Shown: in pieces, positions 9,757 through 17,827 of the stretch
Numbering within the stretch: the stretch's first letter is position 1
Layout of the letters: each line of letters opens with the position of its first letter
Source of the DNA: Planctomycetota bacterium
Lineage (GTDB): Bacteria > Planctomycetota > Phycisphaerae > SM23-33
Length of the DNA: 56,899 bases
Assembly: GCA_026693065.1 (NCBI GenBank)
Contig: JAPLNA010000230.1
Coordinates: 2,726-59,624 of the forward strand
Direction of reading: 5' to 3'
Made by a program: the position numbers and the translations under genes
Notes under the pieces: model-generated
Told to the model about the DNA's origin: nothing
Database searches by the model: none
What the model saw: only the letters and a program-made list of their open reading frames with translations

Positions 9757-9855
9757 AAGTATCCCTTAAGTATCCCTTGAGTATCCCTTAAGTATCCCTT
9801 GAGTATCCTTTAAGTATCCCTTGAGTATCCCTTGAGTATCCCGGAAGCATCCTCT
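9757..9855 (+). repeat. AT-rich 11-bp tandem repeat (RAGTATCCCTT), about 8 copies plus 1 degenerate
   Basis: Units start at 9757, 9768, 9779, 9790, 9801, 9812, 9823, 9834 and 9845, with no spacers. Confidence 0.95.
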
Positions 9856-10234
9856 TTTCGGGGGGTTCGAGGGGGCGAGAAAACGGCAACGGTCTGATGG
9901 GACAAGGGTTACGGATCGGGAAGGGGAAACGATACGCGTTCGAGGGATGCTTGGGAGGACGGGCGCGGGCGGATGAGGGGGGCATCGGGGGGATTCACCC
10001 CGGCAGTCGGGGTGCCTTTGTCGAGGGGGGCGCAAGATCGGTGGTTTGCGCGGAGGGGTGGATGGAGGAGGGAAACCTCCCCCCCGCGGACGCGGGGGAG
10101 TGGGAAAATCGTGCGGGGGGCGGGATTCCGGAGGCAGGGGACGCATAGGATGGGATGATCGGCGCCAGGCCGGACGCGGAAATGTGGCGGCGCCGGCTGG
10201 GAAGCGGACAGACGAGTGAGAAGGAGAAAGAAGC

Positions 10235-11617
10235 ATGTTTTTTCGACAGTTCAAGGTTGAAGGGCTGGGGTGCTATTCGTATCTGATCGGATGCCCGGCG
10301 GCGGCCGTCGCGTGCGTGGTCGATCCGGAACGGCACGTGGGGCAGTATCTGGAGGCCGCCCAGGCCAACGGGATGCAGATCACCGACGTGATCGATACGC
10401 ATCTGCACGCCGACCACATCACGGGCAGCGCGGAGTTGGCGGCCCGGACGGGGGCGACGGTGCACGTGCACCCGGGCGTGCAGGCGGCGTATCCGCACAA
10501 GCCCCTGAAGGACGGCCAGCGGCTGCGGTTCGGCACGGCGGAGCTCGAGGTGATCGAGACCCCCGGGCACACCCCCAATTCCGTCTCGCTGGCGCTGACC
10601 GACCACGCCCGCTCGGGGGACGTCATGGCGATCCTCACGGGCGACCTGTTATTCGTGGGCGAGATCGGGCGGCCGGACCTGGCCGGGGCGGACCTGCTCG
10701 AGCAGCAGGTGCAGAACCTGTACGACAGCCTGTACAAGAAACTCGCCCGGTTCCCGGACTGGACGGAGGTGTACCCGGCGCACGGCGAGGGTTCGCTGTG
10801 CGGGCGGGGCATGAGCGCCAAGCCGATGACCACGCTGGGATTCGAACGCCGACACAACCCGCTGCTCAAGGCCATGCCGTTCGAGGATTTCCGCAGCGTG
10901 ATGACGGGCGGGTTCCAAATGCGTCCGCCGAACTTCGCGGCGATCGTGGAGACCAATCGCCGCGGGCCCGCCCTGCTGAGCCAGGGGCCCGCCTTCACCG
11001 CCCTCTCGACGGGGGAGGTGGAACTGGCGGTGCGGAACGGCGCTCGGCTGGTGGACGTTCGGCCCCAGACGGCCTTCGGGGCGGCTTTCGTGCCCGGGGC
11101 CATCAACATCGGCGGGGCGCCCAGCTCCGTCAACTGGCTGGGGATGGTGGTGGAGTCGCGGTCGGACATCATCATCGTGGCCGACAGCGAAGCCCTCGCC
11201 CGCAAGGCCGCCCTCCGCTTCCGCCGGGCCGGGTACGACCGGCTGATCGGGTTCCTCCCCGACGGCGTGGCCGGGTGGGCCAGCCGGGGCAAGCCGCTGG
11301 ACCACCTGCCCCAACTGACCCCCGCGGGCCTGAAGCACGTGCTGGAGAAATACTCCGACCACGTGGTGCTGGACGTGCGGACGACCCCCGAGTGGCAGGC
11401 CGGGCACATCGAGGGCGCCGTGCACAAACCGCTCTCCGACCTGATCGCCGGCGAGTTGGACGTGGACAAGGACACCCACGTCACCGCCGTCTGCGGGTCG
11501 GGCTACCGCTCGAACATCGCGGGCAGCGTGCTGAAGTCGCGGGGGTACGCCCAGGTATTCAGCCTGATCGGCGGCATGACGGCCTGGAACGCCTTCCGCC
11601 GCACCGGCGGGGCGTGA
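10235..11617 (+). CDS. MBL-fold hydrolase with two rhodanese domains (persulfide dioxygenase-sulfurtransferase fusion-like)
   Basis: THLHADH, PGHTP, TGDLLF, PAHGEGSLCG; C-terminal rhodanese with DVR..EW..GHI and active-site CGSGYRS. Confidence 0.9.
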   Translation: MFFRQFKVEGLGCYSYLIGCPAAAVACVVDPERHVGQYLEAAQANGMQITDVIDTHLHADHITGSAELAARTGATVHVHPGVQAAYPHKPLKDGQRLRFGTAELEVIETPGHTPNSVSLALTDHARSGDVMAILTGDLLFVGEIGRPDLAGADLLEQQVQNLYDSLYKKLARFPDWTEVYPAHGEGSLCGRGMSAKPMTTLGFERRHNPLLKAMPFEDFRSVMTGGFQMRPPNFAAIVETNRRGPALLSQGPAFTALSTGEVELAVRNGARLVDVRPQTAFGAAFVPGAINIGGAPSSVNWLGMVVESRSDIIIVADSEALARKAALRFRRAGYDRLIGFLPDGVAGWASRGKPLDHLPQLTPAGLKHVLEKYSDHVVLDVRTTPEWQAGHIEGAVHKPLSDLIAGELDVDKDTHVTAVCGSGYRSNIAGSVLKSRGYAQVFSLIGGMTAWNAFRRTGGA

Positions 11618-11646
11618 GGGAAAGCGCCTGTCGCACTGGCCCCGGC

Positions 11647-11675
11647 TTGACCGTCGCGGCGGCCGCTTCGATAAT
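11647..11675 (+). promoter_or_regulatory. Putative sigma70 promoter
   Basis: TTGACC-N17-GATAAT upstream of ATG 11741. Confidence 0.5.
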
Positions 11676-11740
11676 GTGGGCGCTCACGGTCGGTGAGGCG
11701 CGGGACGGCGCAAGAACAACTGCAAGCGGAAGGCAAAGCC

Positions 11741-12583
11741 ATGATCTATCTGGGCGGGCCGGTGTTTGTCGAACACGATGATCCGGAACTGCTGGCCAAG
11801 GCGCACCGGCAGGAAGGCTATCGGGCGGCGTACTGTCCGCCGGCTGAGCCGGGCGACACGGCACGGATCGCCGCGATTCGCCGGGCGTTCGAGGTCGAGG
11901 GCGTGGTGATCGCCGAGGTGGGCGCCTGGTGCAACATGATTCACCCGGACCCGGTCCAGCGAAAGACCAACCAGGACTACGTGCGGAAGCAGTTGACGCT
12001 GGCGGAGGAGGTCGGCGCCCGGTGCTGCCCGAACTTCCTGGGAACGCTGGACCCCGACTCGGCCTACGGGCCCCATCCGGGCAATCTGACGGCCGCGACG
12101 TTCGACCTGGCCGTCGAGACCATCCGATCGATCGTCGACGCGGTCAAGCCGCGGCGGACGCGGTTCGCGTTGGAGATGATGCAGTGGGTCCTGCCCGACA
12201 GCGTGGAGGTATACCTGGAGCTGATCCGGGCGGTGGACCGCCCCGCGTTCGGGGTACACCTGGACCCGGTGAACCTGATCCTGACGCCGCGGATGTATTA
12301 CGACACCGCGTCGCTGCTGCGCGACTGTTTCCACCGGCTGGGCTCGTGGATCGCCTCCTGCCACGCCAAGGACATCACCCTCCGCGGCGCGTTGGCCCTG
12401 CACCTGGACGAGGTTCCCCCGGGCCTGGGCAACCTGGACTACCGGACGTACTTGTCGGAGCTGGACCGCCTGAGCGGCTCGCCGCCGCTGATGCTCGAGC
12501 ACCTTTCGACGGCGGAGGAATACCGGGCCGCCGCCGGCCGCCTCCGCGCCATCGCGGGCGGGCTGGGCATCGACATGAAATGA
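11741..12583 (+). CDS. Sugar phosphate isomerase/epimerase (xylose isomerase-like TIM barrel)
   Basis: Metal-ligand motifs FALEMM, VHLDPVN, CHAKD, LMLEH. Confidence 0.85.
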   Translation: MIYLGGPVFVEHDDPELLAKAHRQEGYRAAYCPPAEPGDTARIAAIRRAFEVEGVVIAEVGAWCNMIHPDPVQRKTNQDYVRKQLTLAEEVGARCCPNFLGTLDPDSAYGPHPGNLTAATFDLAVETIRSIVDAVKPRRTRFALEMMQWVLPDSVEVYLELIRAVDRPAFGVHLDPVNLILTPRMYYDTASLLRDCFHRLGSWIASCHAKDITLRGALALHLDEVPPGLGNLDYRTYLSELDRLSGSPPLMLEHLSTAEEYRAAAGRLRAIAGGLGIDMK

Positions 12584-12618
12584 ACCGAAGCCGGTTCTGG
12601 CCCCTCGTTCTCGCTGGA

Positions 12619-13173
12619 CTATCGGAAGATATTCGATCGAAGCCCGTCGCGGAGGCTGCGCCCGTGGCGGTCGAACTGGGCCCGCTGGATCAGCAGCCAG
12701 ACCAGGAACGCCACCCACAGGAACACGGCCACCGCGATGACGACGCCCAGGGAAATGCTGCGGACCTTCTCGAGGACACGGCTGGTGGGAATGGTGATGA
12801 TGGGGCTCTGGCAGACGCCCCAGCCGGCGAGGACGGCCCCGAGGGCGGCGGTGCCGGCCTGGCAGAACGCGGAGATCCACGCCCAGGAGATGCTCATCTT
12901 CTGACGCGAGCACGCCGCCACCAGGAACAGCGATACCACCAGCCAGGCCAGACCCACCAGGTCGATGAGGATGCCGTAATCGACAAACACCATGCGGACG
13001 GCCTGCGTCAGGTGCGGCATGGGCAGGTCGTCCTTGATGACGTAGGTGAGCATGTGGCTGACCGTGCTCCGCGCAATGCCGGCCACCAGCGCCCAGACCA
13101 GATACGCCACGCCGGCAAACGCCAGCGCTAACCCGACATCCACACGGCTGACTCGTTGCAGTCGTCCAAGCAT
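12619..13173 (-). CDS. Hypothetical membrane protein (about 4 TM)
   Basis: 184 aa with four hydrophobic stretches; fills the gap between confident genes. Confidence 0.65.
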   Translation of the reverse strand: MLGRLQRVSRVDVGLALAFAGVAYLVWALVAGIARSTVSHMLTYVIKDDLPMPHLTQAVRMVFVDYGILIDLVGLAWLVVSLFLVAACSRQKMSISWAWISAFCQAGTAALGAVLAGWGVCQSPIITIPTSRVLEKVRSISLGVVIAVAVFLWVAFLVWLLIQRAQFDRHGRSLRDGLRSNIFR

Positions 13174-13221
13174 GACCCCATTACACCAATTTCCCCCGGC
13201 CAGGTCAAAGCAAACTCCCGG

Positions 13222-13239
13222 GCCGCTTGCGGCTTCGCG
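13222..13239 (+). repeat. 18-bp intergenic REP-like motif, copy 1
   Basis: GCCGCTTGCGGCTTCGCG; its exact reverse complement occurs at 42014-42031. Confidence 0.6.
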
Positions 13240-13371
13240 GCGTCACCCGTGCGTCCCACTCTCGTCTCGAACCTCTAACCTTTTCCCGCGTGGCGCTCGT
13301 ATAAGATGAATGCGGGCGATTATCTGCCAACGACGCCGCCCTGCCGTTCCGATAAAGACACTGGAACCACT

Positions 13372-15123
13372 ATGAACCGAACTCTCGCTCGTCTCCGTCG
13401 AAGCGGGCCGGCGCTGCTCCTGCTGGCCGTCTGCTCGCCCGCATGGTCCCTCACGCCCGCGGAAGTCCTCGTCGTGGCCAATCGCAAGCTGCCCGAGTCC
13501 GTCGAGCTGGCCAAGCTTTACATGCAGCTTCGCCACCTGCCGCCCGAGAACGTGGCCCTTCTCGACATGCCCACCACCTACGAGATCGGCCGGGCGGATT
13601 ACGAAAAGGACATCCGCGTCCCGATCGGTCGCTTCCTTCAGGAGCGCCAGCTCGACAAACAGATCCGCTGCCTCGTGCTGATGTGGGGCGTGCCGGTCCG
13701 GGTGATGGAAGGAGAAGACCTCCGCCAGAAGGAGGCGGTCTACCAGTCCGCCGTCAAAGACTCCCTCGCCCGCATCGTCATGCTCCGCGCGTTGGTGGAG
13801 AAAGTGGGTTCCCTGCCGCCCAAACAACCGGACCTTCTTCTGCCGCCGGAGGGACAGTTCCCGCCCGTGCCCCCGCCGGCCGAGCCGACGCTGGCGCCCG
13901 ACAAACTCAAGGACCAACTGGCCGACCTCATCGCCGCCAGGCAGGTCGAGGTGGCGCGGATCGCCGACCCGGGGAAGAAGCGGGCGTTCTCCCGCCAGGT
14001 GATGGCCCTGACGCTGGAGGGGTACGGGCTCAGCGGGCTGATCCGCTACCTCACCAGCGACTCCCCGCCCGACGCCCCGCCGGTCGAGCCCCTTCGCAAG
14101 CAACTGGCGGACATCGAGGCGAAGATCCAGCTTCTCCGCGGCGAGGAACTCTCCGCCACGGGCCTGAAGAAGAAGATCGACCTCCTCCGCGCCTCCGACG
14201 GCGTGGTTCACCTGCACGGCTACGCCGAGCAATACGCCAACCGCCCGGCCGCCGCCGTCATCACCGACCCGGTCAAGACTCCCAACGCCGCCGTGGACAG
14301 CGAGCTGAGCCTGCTGTGGTGGGGGGCGTATCCGGTCGAGGGGTGGATGATCAACCCGCTCCACTGGACGTTCGCCGAGAAGCTCGAAGCCCGCCCGCAC
14401 CCGCCGGTGCTGATGACCTCGCGTCTGGACGGCCCGACGCCCGCCCTGGCCGCCCGGATGCTCCGGGACAGCGTCGCCGTCGAGCGGAGCGGCCTGACCG
14501 GCACGTTCTACATCGACGCCGGCGGGCCCGCGCGACTCGGCAACGCCGCCGCCGCCATGGACAACCGCCTCAAGCAACTGGCCGCCCTGGCCCGCGACAA
14601 CACGCGCGTCCGCGTCGTCCTGGACACCTCGCCGCAGGTCTTCGCCCCCGGCGCCTGCCCCGACGCGGCCTTGTACGTCGGCTGGTACAGTCTGCGGAAG
14701 TACGTCCCCGCCTTCACCTGGGCCAGGGGGGCCGTCGGGTATCACATCGCCAGCTTCGAAGCCGTCGCCCTCCGGGCCGCCGACTCGCCCGAATGGTGCC
14801 CGCAGATGATCTCCACCGGCGTGGCCGCCACGATCGGGCCCGTGGCCGAGCCCTTCCTCGGGGCCTTCCCTTTGCCCGAGGAGTTCTTCTCCCTCCTGCT
14901 CACCGGGCACTACACCCTCGCCGAGTGCTACTGGCGGACCGTCCCCCAGGCAAGCTGGCAGATGATCCTCTTGGGCGACGGGCTCTACAACCCCTTCGCC
15001 GCCAACCCCCAGCTCGACCCGCGCGTCCTCCCGCCCGGGCTGGCGCCCCGCGTATCGGCCTCCCGCCCGGCCTCCCACCCCGCTTCCTCCGCAATTTCCT
15101 CGCGACCGGCAGGCCCCCGTTGA
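13372..15123 (+). CDS. TIGR03790-family secreted protein
   Basis: Signal peptide then LTPAEVLVVAN; AAVDSELSLL, LMTSRLDGPT, ALYVGWYS, GAVGYHIASFEA, GPVAEPFLGAFPLP, LLGDGLYNPF. Confidence 0.82.
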   Translation: MNRTLARLRRSGPALLLLAVCSPAWSLTPAEVLVVANRKLPESVELAKLYMQLRHLPPENVALLDMPTTYEIGRADYEKDIRVPIGRFLQERQLDKQIRCLVLMWGVPVRVMEGEDLRQKEAVYQSAVKDSLARIVMLRALVEKVGSLPPKQPDLLLPPEGQFPPVPPPAEPTLAPDKLKDQLADLIAARQVEVARIADPGKKRAFSRQVMALTLEGYGLSGLIRYLTSDSPPDAPPVEPLRKQLADIEAKIQLLRGEELSATGLKKKIDLLRASDGVVHLHGYAEQYANRPAAAVITDPVKTPNAAVDSELSLLWWGAYPVEGWMINPLHWTFAEKLEARPHPPVLMTSRLDGPTPALAARMLRDSVAVERSGLTGTFYIDAGGPARLGNAAAAMDNRLKQLAALARDNTRVRVVLDTSPQVFAPGACPDAALYVGWYSLRKYVPAFTWARGAVGYHIASFEAVALRAADSPEWCPQMISTGVAATIGPVAEPFLGAFPLPEEFFSLLLTGHYTLAECYWRTVPQASWQMILLGDGLYNPFAANPQLDPRVLPPGLAPRVSASRPASHPASSAISSRPAGPR

Positions 15124-15248
15124 CTTTATAACCCCCCGAACCCGCTTGCCCTTTGGGCGACGCATGGATACCATTCACCCTCGTGTCGGCCGGCGGTCTC
15201 GTACCCCCGTGACCCCCCATGACCGCCCGCGCCCAGAAGGAGATTGCG

Positions 15249-16160
15249 ATGCTCGTGCATTGCCCCTCGTGCGGCCGCGCCCACCAGGCCTCCGATTCCC
15301 TCCTCGGCCAGCGCGTCCGCTGCACCGAATGCCACCATGTGTTCGTCGTGCAGGAAGACGTCGACGACGCCCCGGCCACGACGCCGGCGCCCACGCCGCC
15401 CACGGACACCGTCGCGGGCGAGGCCGCCCCGTCGCCCACCCCGCCGCCGGCGGAGGCGCCCGCCGCCCCGGCCCCCACGCCGCAGGAACCGGCCGCCTCT
15501 CCTGCGCCGCAGGAAGCCCTCACGCCCGCGCCCGCCCAGGCCCCGCACGTGCCGCACATTCCTCACACCCCGCACCCGACGCCGTGGGCCTCGCTGGCCC
15601 GTCCGTCGGCCCCGGCCCCCCAGGCCCCCGCCGGCGCACCGCGATTCCTCGGCCGCTTCGACCCCGCTCGCGCCCTCCGCTTCGGACGCGTGCTCCTCAT
15701 GGCCGGGCTGGTCCTCGTCGTGCTTGTCCGCGGGATGGAGACCATCACCATCCGCGGCGCCGCCCGCCACCACGCCAAGGCCTCCTACGAGCCGGCCGTG
15801 TTCGAAGAGGCCTGGGCCGACCGCATCAAGACCGCCACCAAAGACCTCCACGAGCCCGAACGAGGCAAGCTCCTCAAGGAACTCCAGGACAAGCGCAACG
15901 CCGAGCGGGCCGAGCTCGTCGAGGGCGATTGGCAGGACCTCAAACGCGCCGACGACCACGCCGTCGAACGCGGCACCATGCGGATTTACTGGCTCGAGTG
16001 GGTCTTCCTCGTCGGCGCCCTGGCGCTGACGATCGGCCTGGTCACCGTCGCCAGCCTGAGCACAGGCCCCGAGCGGGTGATCTGCCTCATTCTGATCGCC
16101 GTCCTGGCCTTCAGCGTCTTCGTGGGCGGGTCGGCCTGGCGGACGGCCTTCCTGCCGTAG
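15249..16160 (+). CDS. Zinc-ribbon protein with Pro/Ala linker and membrane domain
   Basis: N-terminal CPSC..CTEC, a long PA-rich linker, then three hydrophobic helices. Confidence 0.75.
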   Translation: MLVHCPSCGRAHQASDSLLGQRVRCTECHHVFVVQEDVDDAPATTPAPTPPTDTVAGEAAPSPTPPPAEAPAAPAPTPQEPAASPAPQEALTPAPAQAPHVPHIPHTPHPTPWASLARPSAPAPQAPAGAPRFLGRFDPARALRFGRVLLMAGLVLVVLVRGMETITIRGAARHHAKASYEPAVFEEAWADRIKTATKDLHEPERGKLLKELQDKRNAERAELVEGDWQDLKRADDHAVERGTMRIYWLEWVFLVGALALTIGLVTVASLSTGPERVICLILIAVLAFSVFVGGSAWRTAFLP

Positions 16161-16201
16161 CGCCCCTGACGCCCACCCGCCGCAATCGATACCCCTGCCC
16201 C

Positions 16202-16287
16202 GGGTGCCATGCTTCTACGCGCTGCGGAGAAGCATGCGGGCCGATCGCGGGACATGCTTCTCCGCTGCGCGTAGAAGCATGGCACCC
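16202..16287. repeat. REPIN-like doublet: two inverted 35-bp palindromic units
   Basis: 16202-16236 and 16253-16287 are reverse complements with 1 mismatch; each unit has an internal CATGCTTCT..AGAAGCATG hairpin; lies between convergent genes. Confidence 0.85.
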
Positions 16288-16314
16288 AACGCAAGAAGAG
16301 CGCCCGCCCGACGC

Positions 16315-17185
16315 TCACGGCGCGGCGAAGAAGAGTTTCTCGGCCGTCCGGGCGTCGCAGCGCTGATACTTGGCATAGGCCCCGCCGGCAGCGACCTGGA
16401 CGTCGCGCCCGCTCTTGCCCTCCGACCAGCTTCGCACGATCGCGTCGAGGCAATAGGCCTCGGGGGCCATCAGGCCCGTGGTGGTGATCAGCGGGCGGCA
16501 GCCCGCCTGGCGGAGGGGCGAGAGGAAGTAGTCTTTGCTTCGGCAGGCCAGCACGACCGCCGCCGTCGGGCCCCCGCGCTGCCGGGCGGGAACCTCAGGC
16601 GACGGAACGTCCATCAGTCCGTTATGCCCCACGAAGGCCACCATGTCCGCCCACCCGCCGGCCTGGAGGCGGACGGCGGGTTCCTGCCCGCCGGTGACGA
16701 ACTCCACCCGCCCGGCCCCGGAGGCCGCCGTGAAGAAGTCCGCCAGGGCCTCGCGCATGCGCGAGCCGTCGTAGGCCTCGGCCCCCCCCGGCGGCGTCGC
16801 AGAAGATCGCCCGGTCGAGCACGTACGGGCGCGTCGGGGCCGTTCGAACCACTCGCCCTCGCCAGTGGGGCGACCGCGAGAAGAACGACTTGAGCCCGTA
16901 CTGCGCCCCCCAATACAAGTTCGCCCCGGGCGCCTGCCCATTGCCCAGCGCCGCCGGAACCGGCTGGATGCTCTGGTTGGCGTTGTCGCACAAGGCCACG
17001 AACACGTGCACGACCTTGTACGTCCGCGCCCGCCGGGCCGTCTCCTGCGGATCCCGCGCCGCATGCCCCGTCGGGCTGGCCGTCCCGCCCGTTCGCCGGG
17101 GCGCCCGCTCGCATCCGGCCGCTGCCAGCACCGTCACGCACGCCGCCGCGGCCCCGGCCCACGTCCAGACCTTGTTTGCGTTCAT
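16315..17185 (-). pseudogene. Conserved-looking hypothetical lipoprotein, frameshifted near the C8 run at 16782-16789
   Basis: Lipobox-like LAAAGC; VHVFVALCDN..NLYWGAQYG in one frame, then AEAYDG..AFVGHNGLMD..LACRSK..TTTGLMAPEAY in another. Confidence 0.7.
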
Positions 17186-17250
17186 GGGTTCCTTCCCTGT
17201 ATCGTATCGTATTATACCGGTCCGCCCCACAACACCATAGGTTACATCCA

Positions 17251-17787
17251 ATGCCGACAAATCCCGCCGACGAGCGAATCCTGGCCGAAGGAAAGTATCT
17301 GCGGTTCCTCATCCGCGACGGGTGGGAGTTCATCCGGCGCGTGAACGTCAGCGGCATCATCGGCATCGTGCCGGTGACGAACGAAGGCAAACTGGTGCTC
17401 GTGGAACAGTACCGCCCGCCGGTGGACTGCAGCGTGATCGAGTTGCCCGCCGGGCTCGTCGGCGACGTAGCCGGCCAAGAGGGCGAGACCCTCGAGACCG
17501 CCGCCGCCCGCGAGCTCGAAGAGGAAACCGGCTACCGCGCCGCCCACTGGGCCCGGGTCGCCGACGGCGCCCCCTCCGCCGGCGCCAGCGGCGAACGCAT
17601 GACGATCTTCCTGGCCACCGGCCTGACGAAAGTCGGCCCGGGCGGCGGCGACCACACCGAGTCCATCCGCGTCCACGAAGTCCCCCTCGCCGAAGTCCCC
17701 GACTGGCTCATCTGGCAGAAGCAACGCGGCGTCGAAGTCGATCTGAAGGTCTACGCGGGTCTGTTCTTCGCCCAAACCAGTAAATGA
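17251..17787 (+). CDS. NUDIX hydrolase (ADP-ribose pyrophosphatase-like)
   Basis: VEQYRPP, ELPAGLVG and Nudix box ETLETAAARELEEETGY. Confidence 0.9.
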   Translation: MPTNPADERILAEGKYLRFLIRDGWEFIRRVNVSGIIGIVPVTNEGKLVLVEQYRPPVDCSVIELPAGLVGDVAGQEGETLETAAARELEEETGYRAAHWARVADGAPSAGASGERMTIFLATGLTKVGPGGGDHTESIRVHEVPLAEVPDWLIWQKQRGVEVDLKVYAGLFFAQTSK

Positions 17788-17827
17788 ATTGCCGATTGCT
17801 CCGCCGAAGGTGGACCAATTGGCAATG

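Noticed and set aside
9757-9855. 11-bp array as a CRISPR array
   Set aside because: Units are contiguous, too short and have no spacers; no cas genes are present.
9766-10254. ORFs ending in repeated DTQGILKGY peptides
   Set aside because: Translation of the 11-bp repeat and Pro-rich GC sequence; no RBS or coding character.
16782-16789. C8/G8 run as a phase-variation switch
   Set aside because: It coincides with a frameshift, but the run is short, residues seem missing at the junction, and similar breaks elsewhere lack homopolymers; artefact or deletion is likelier.
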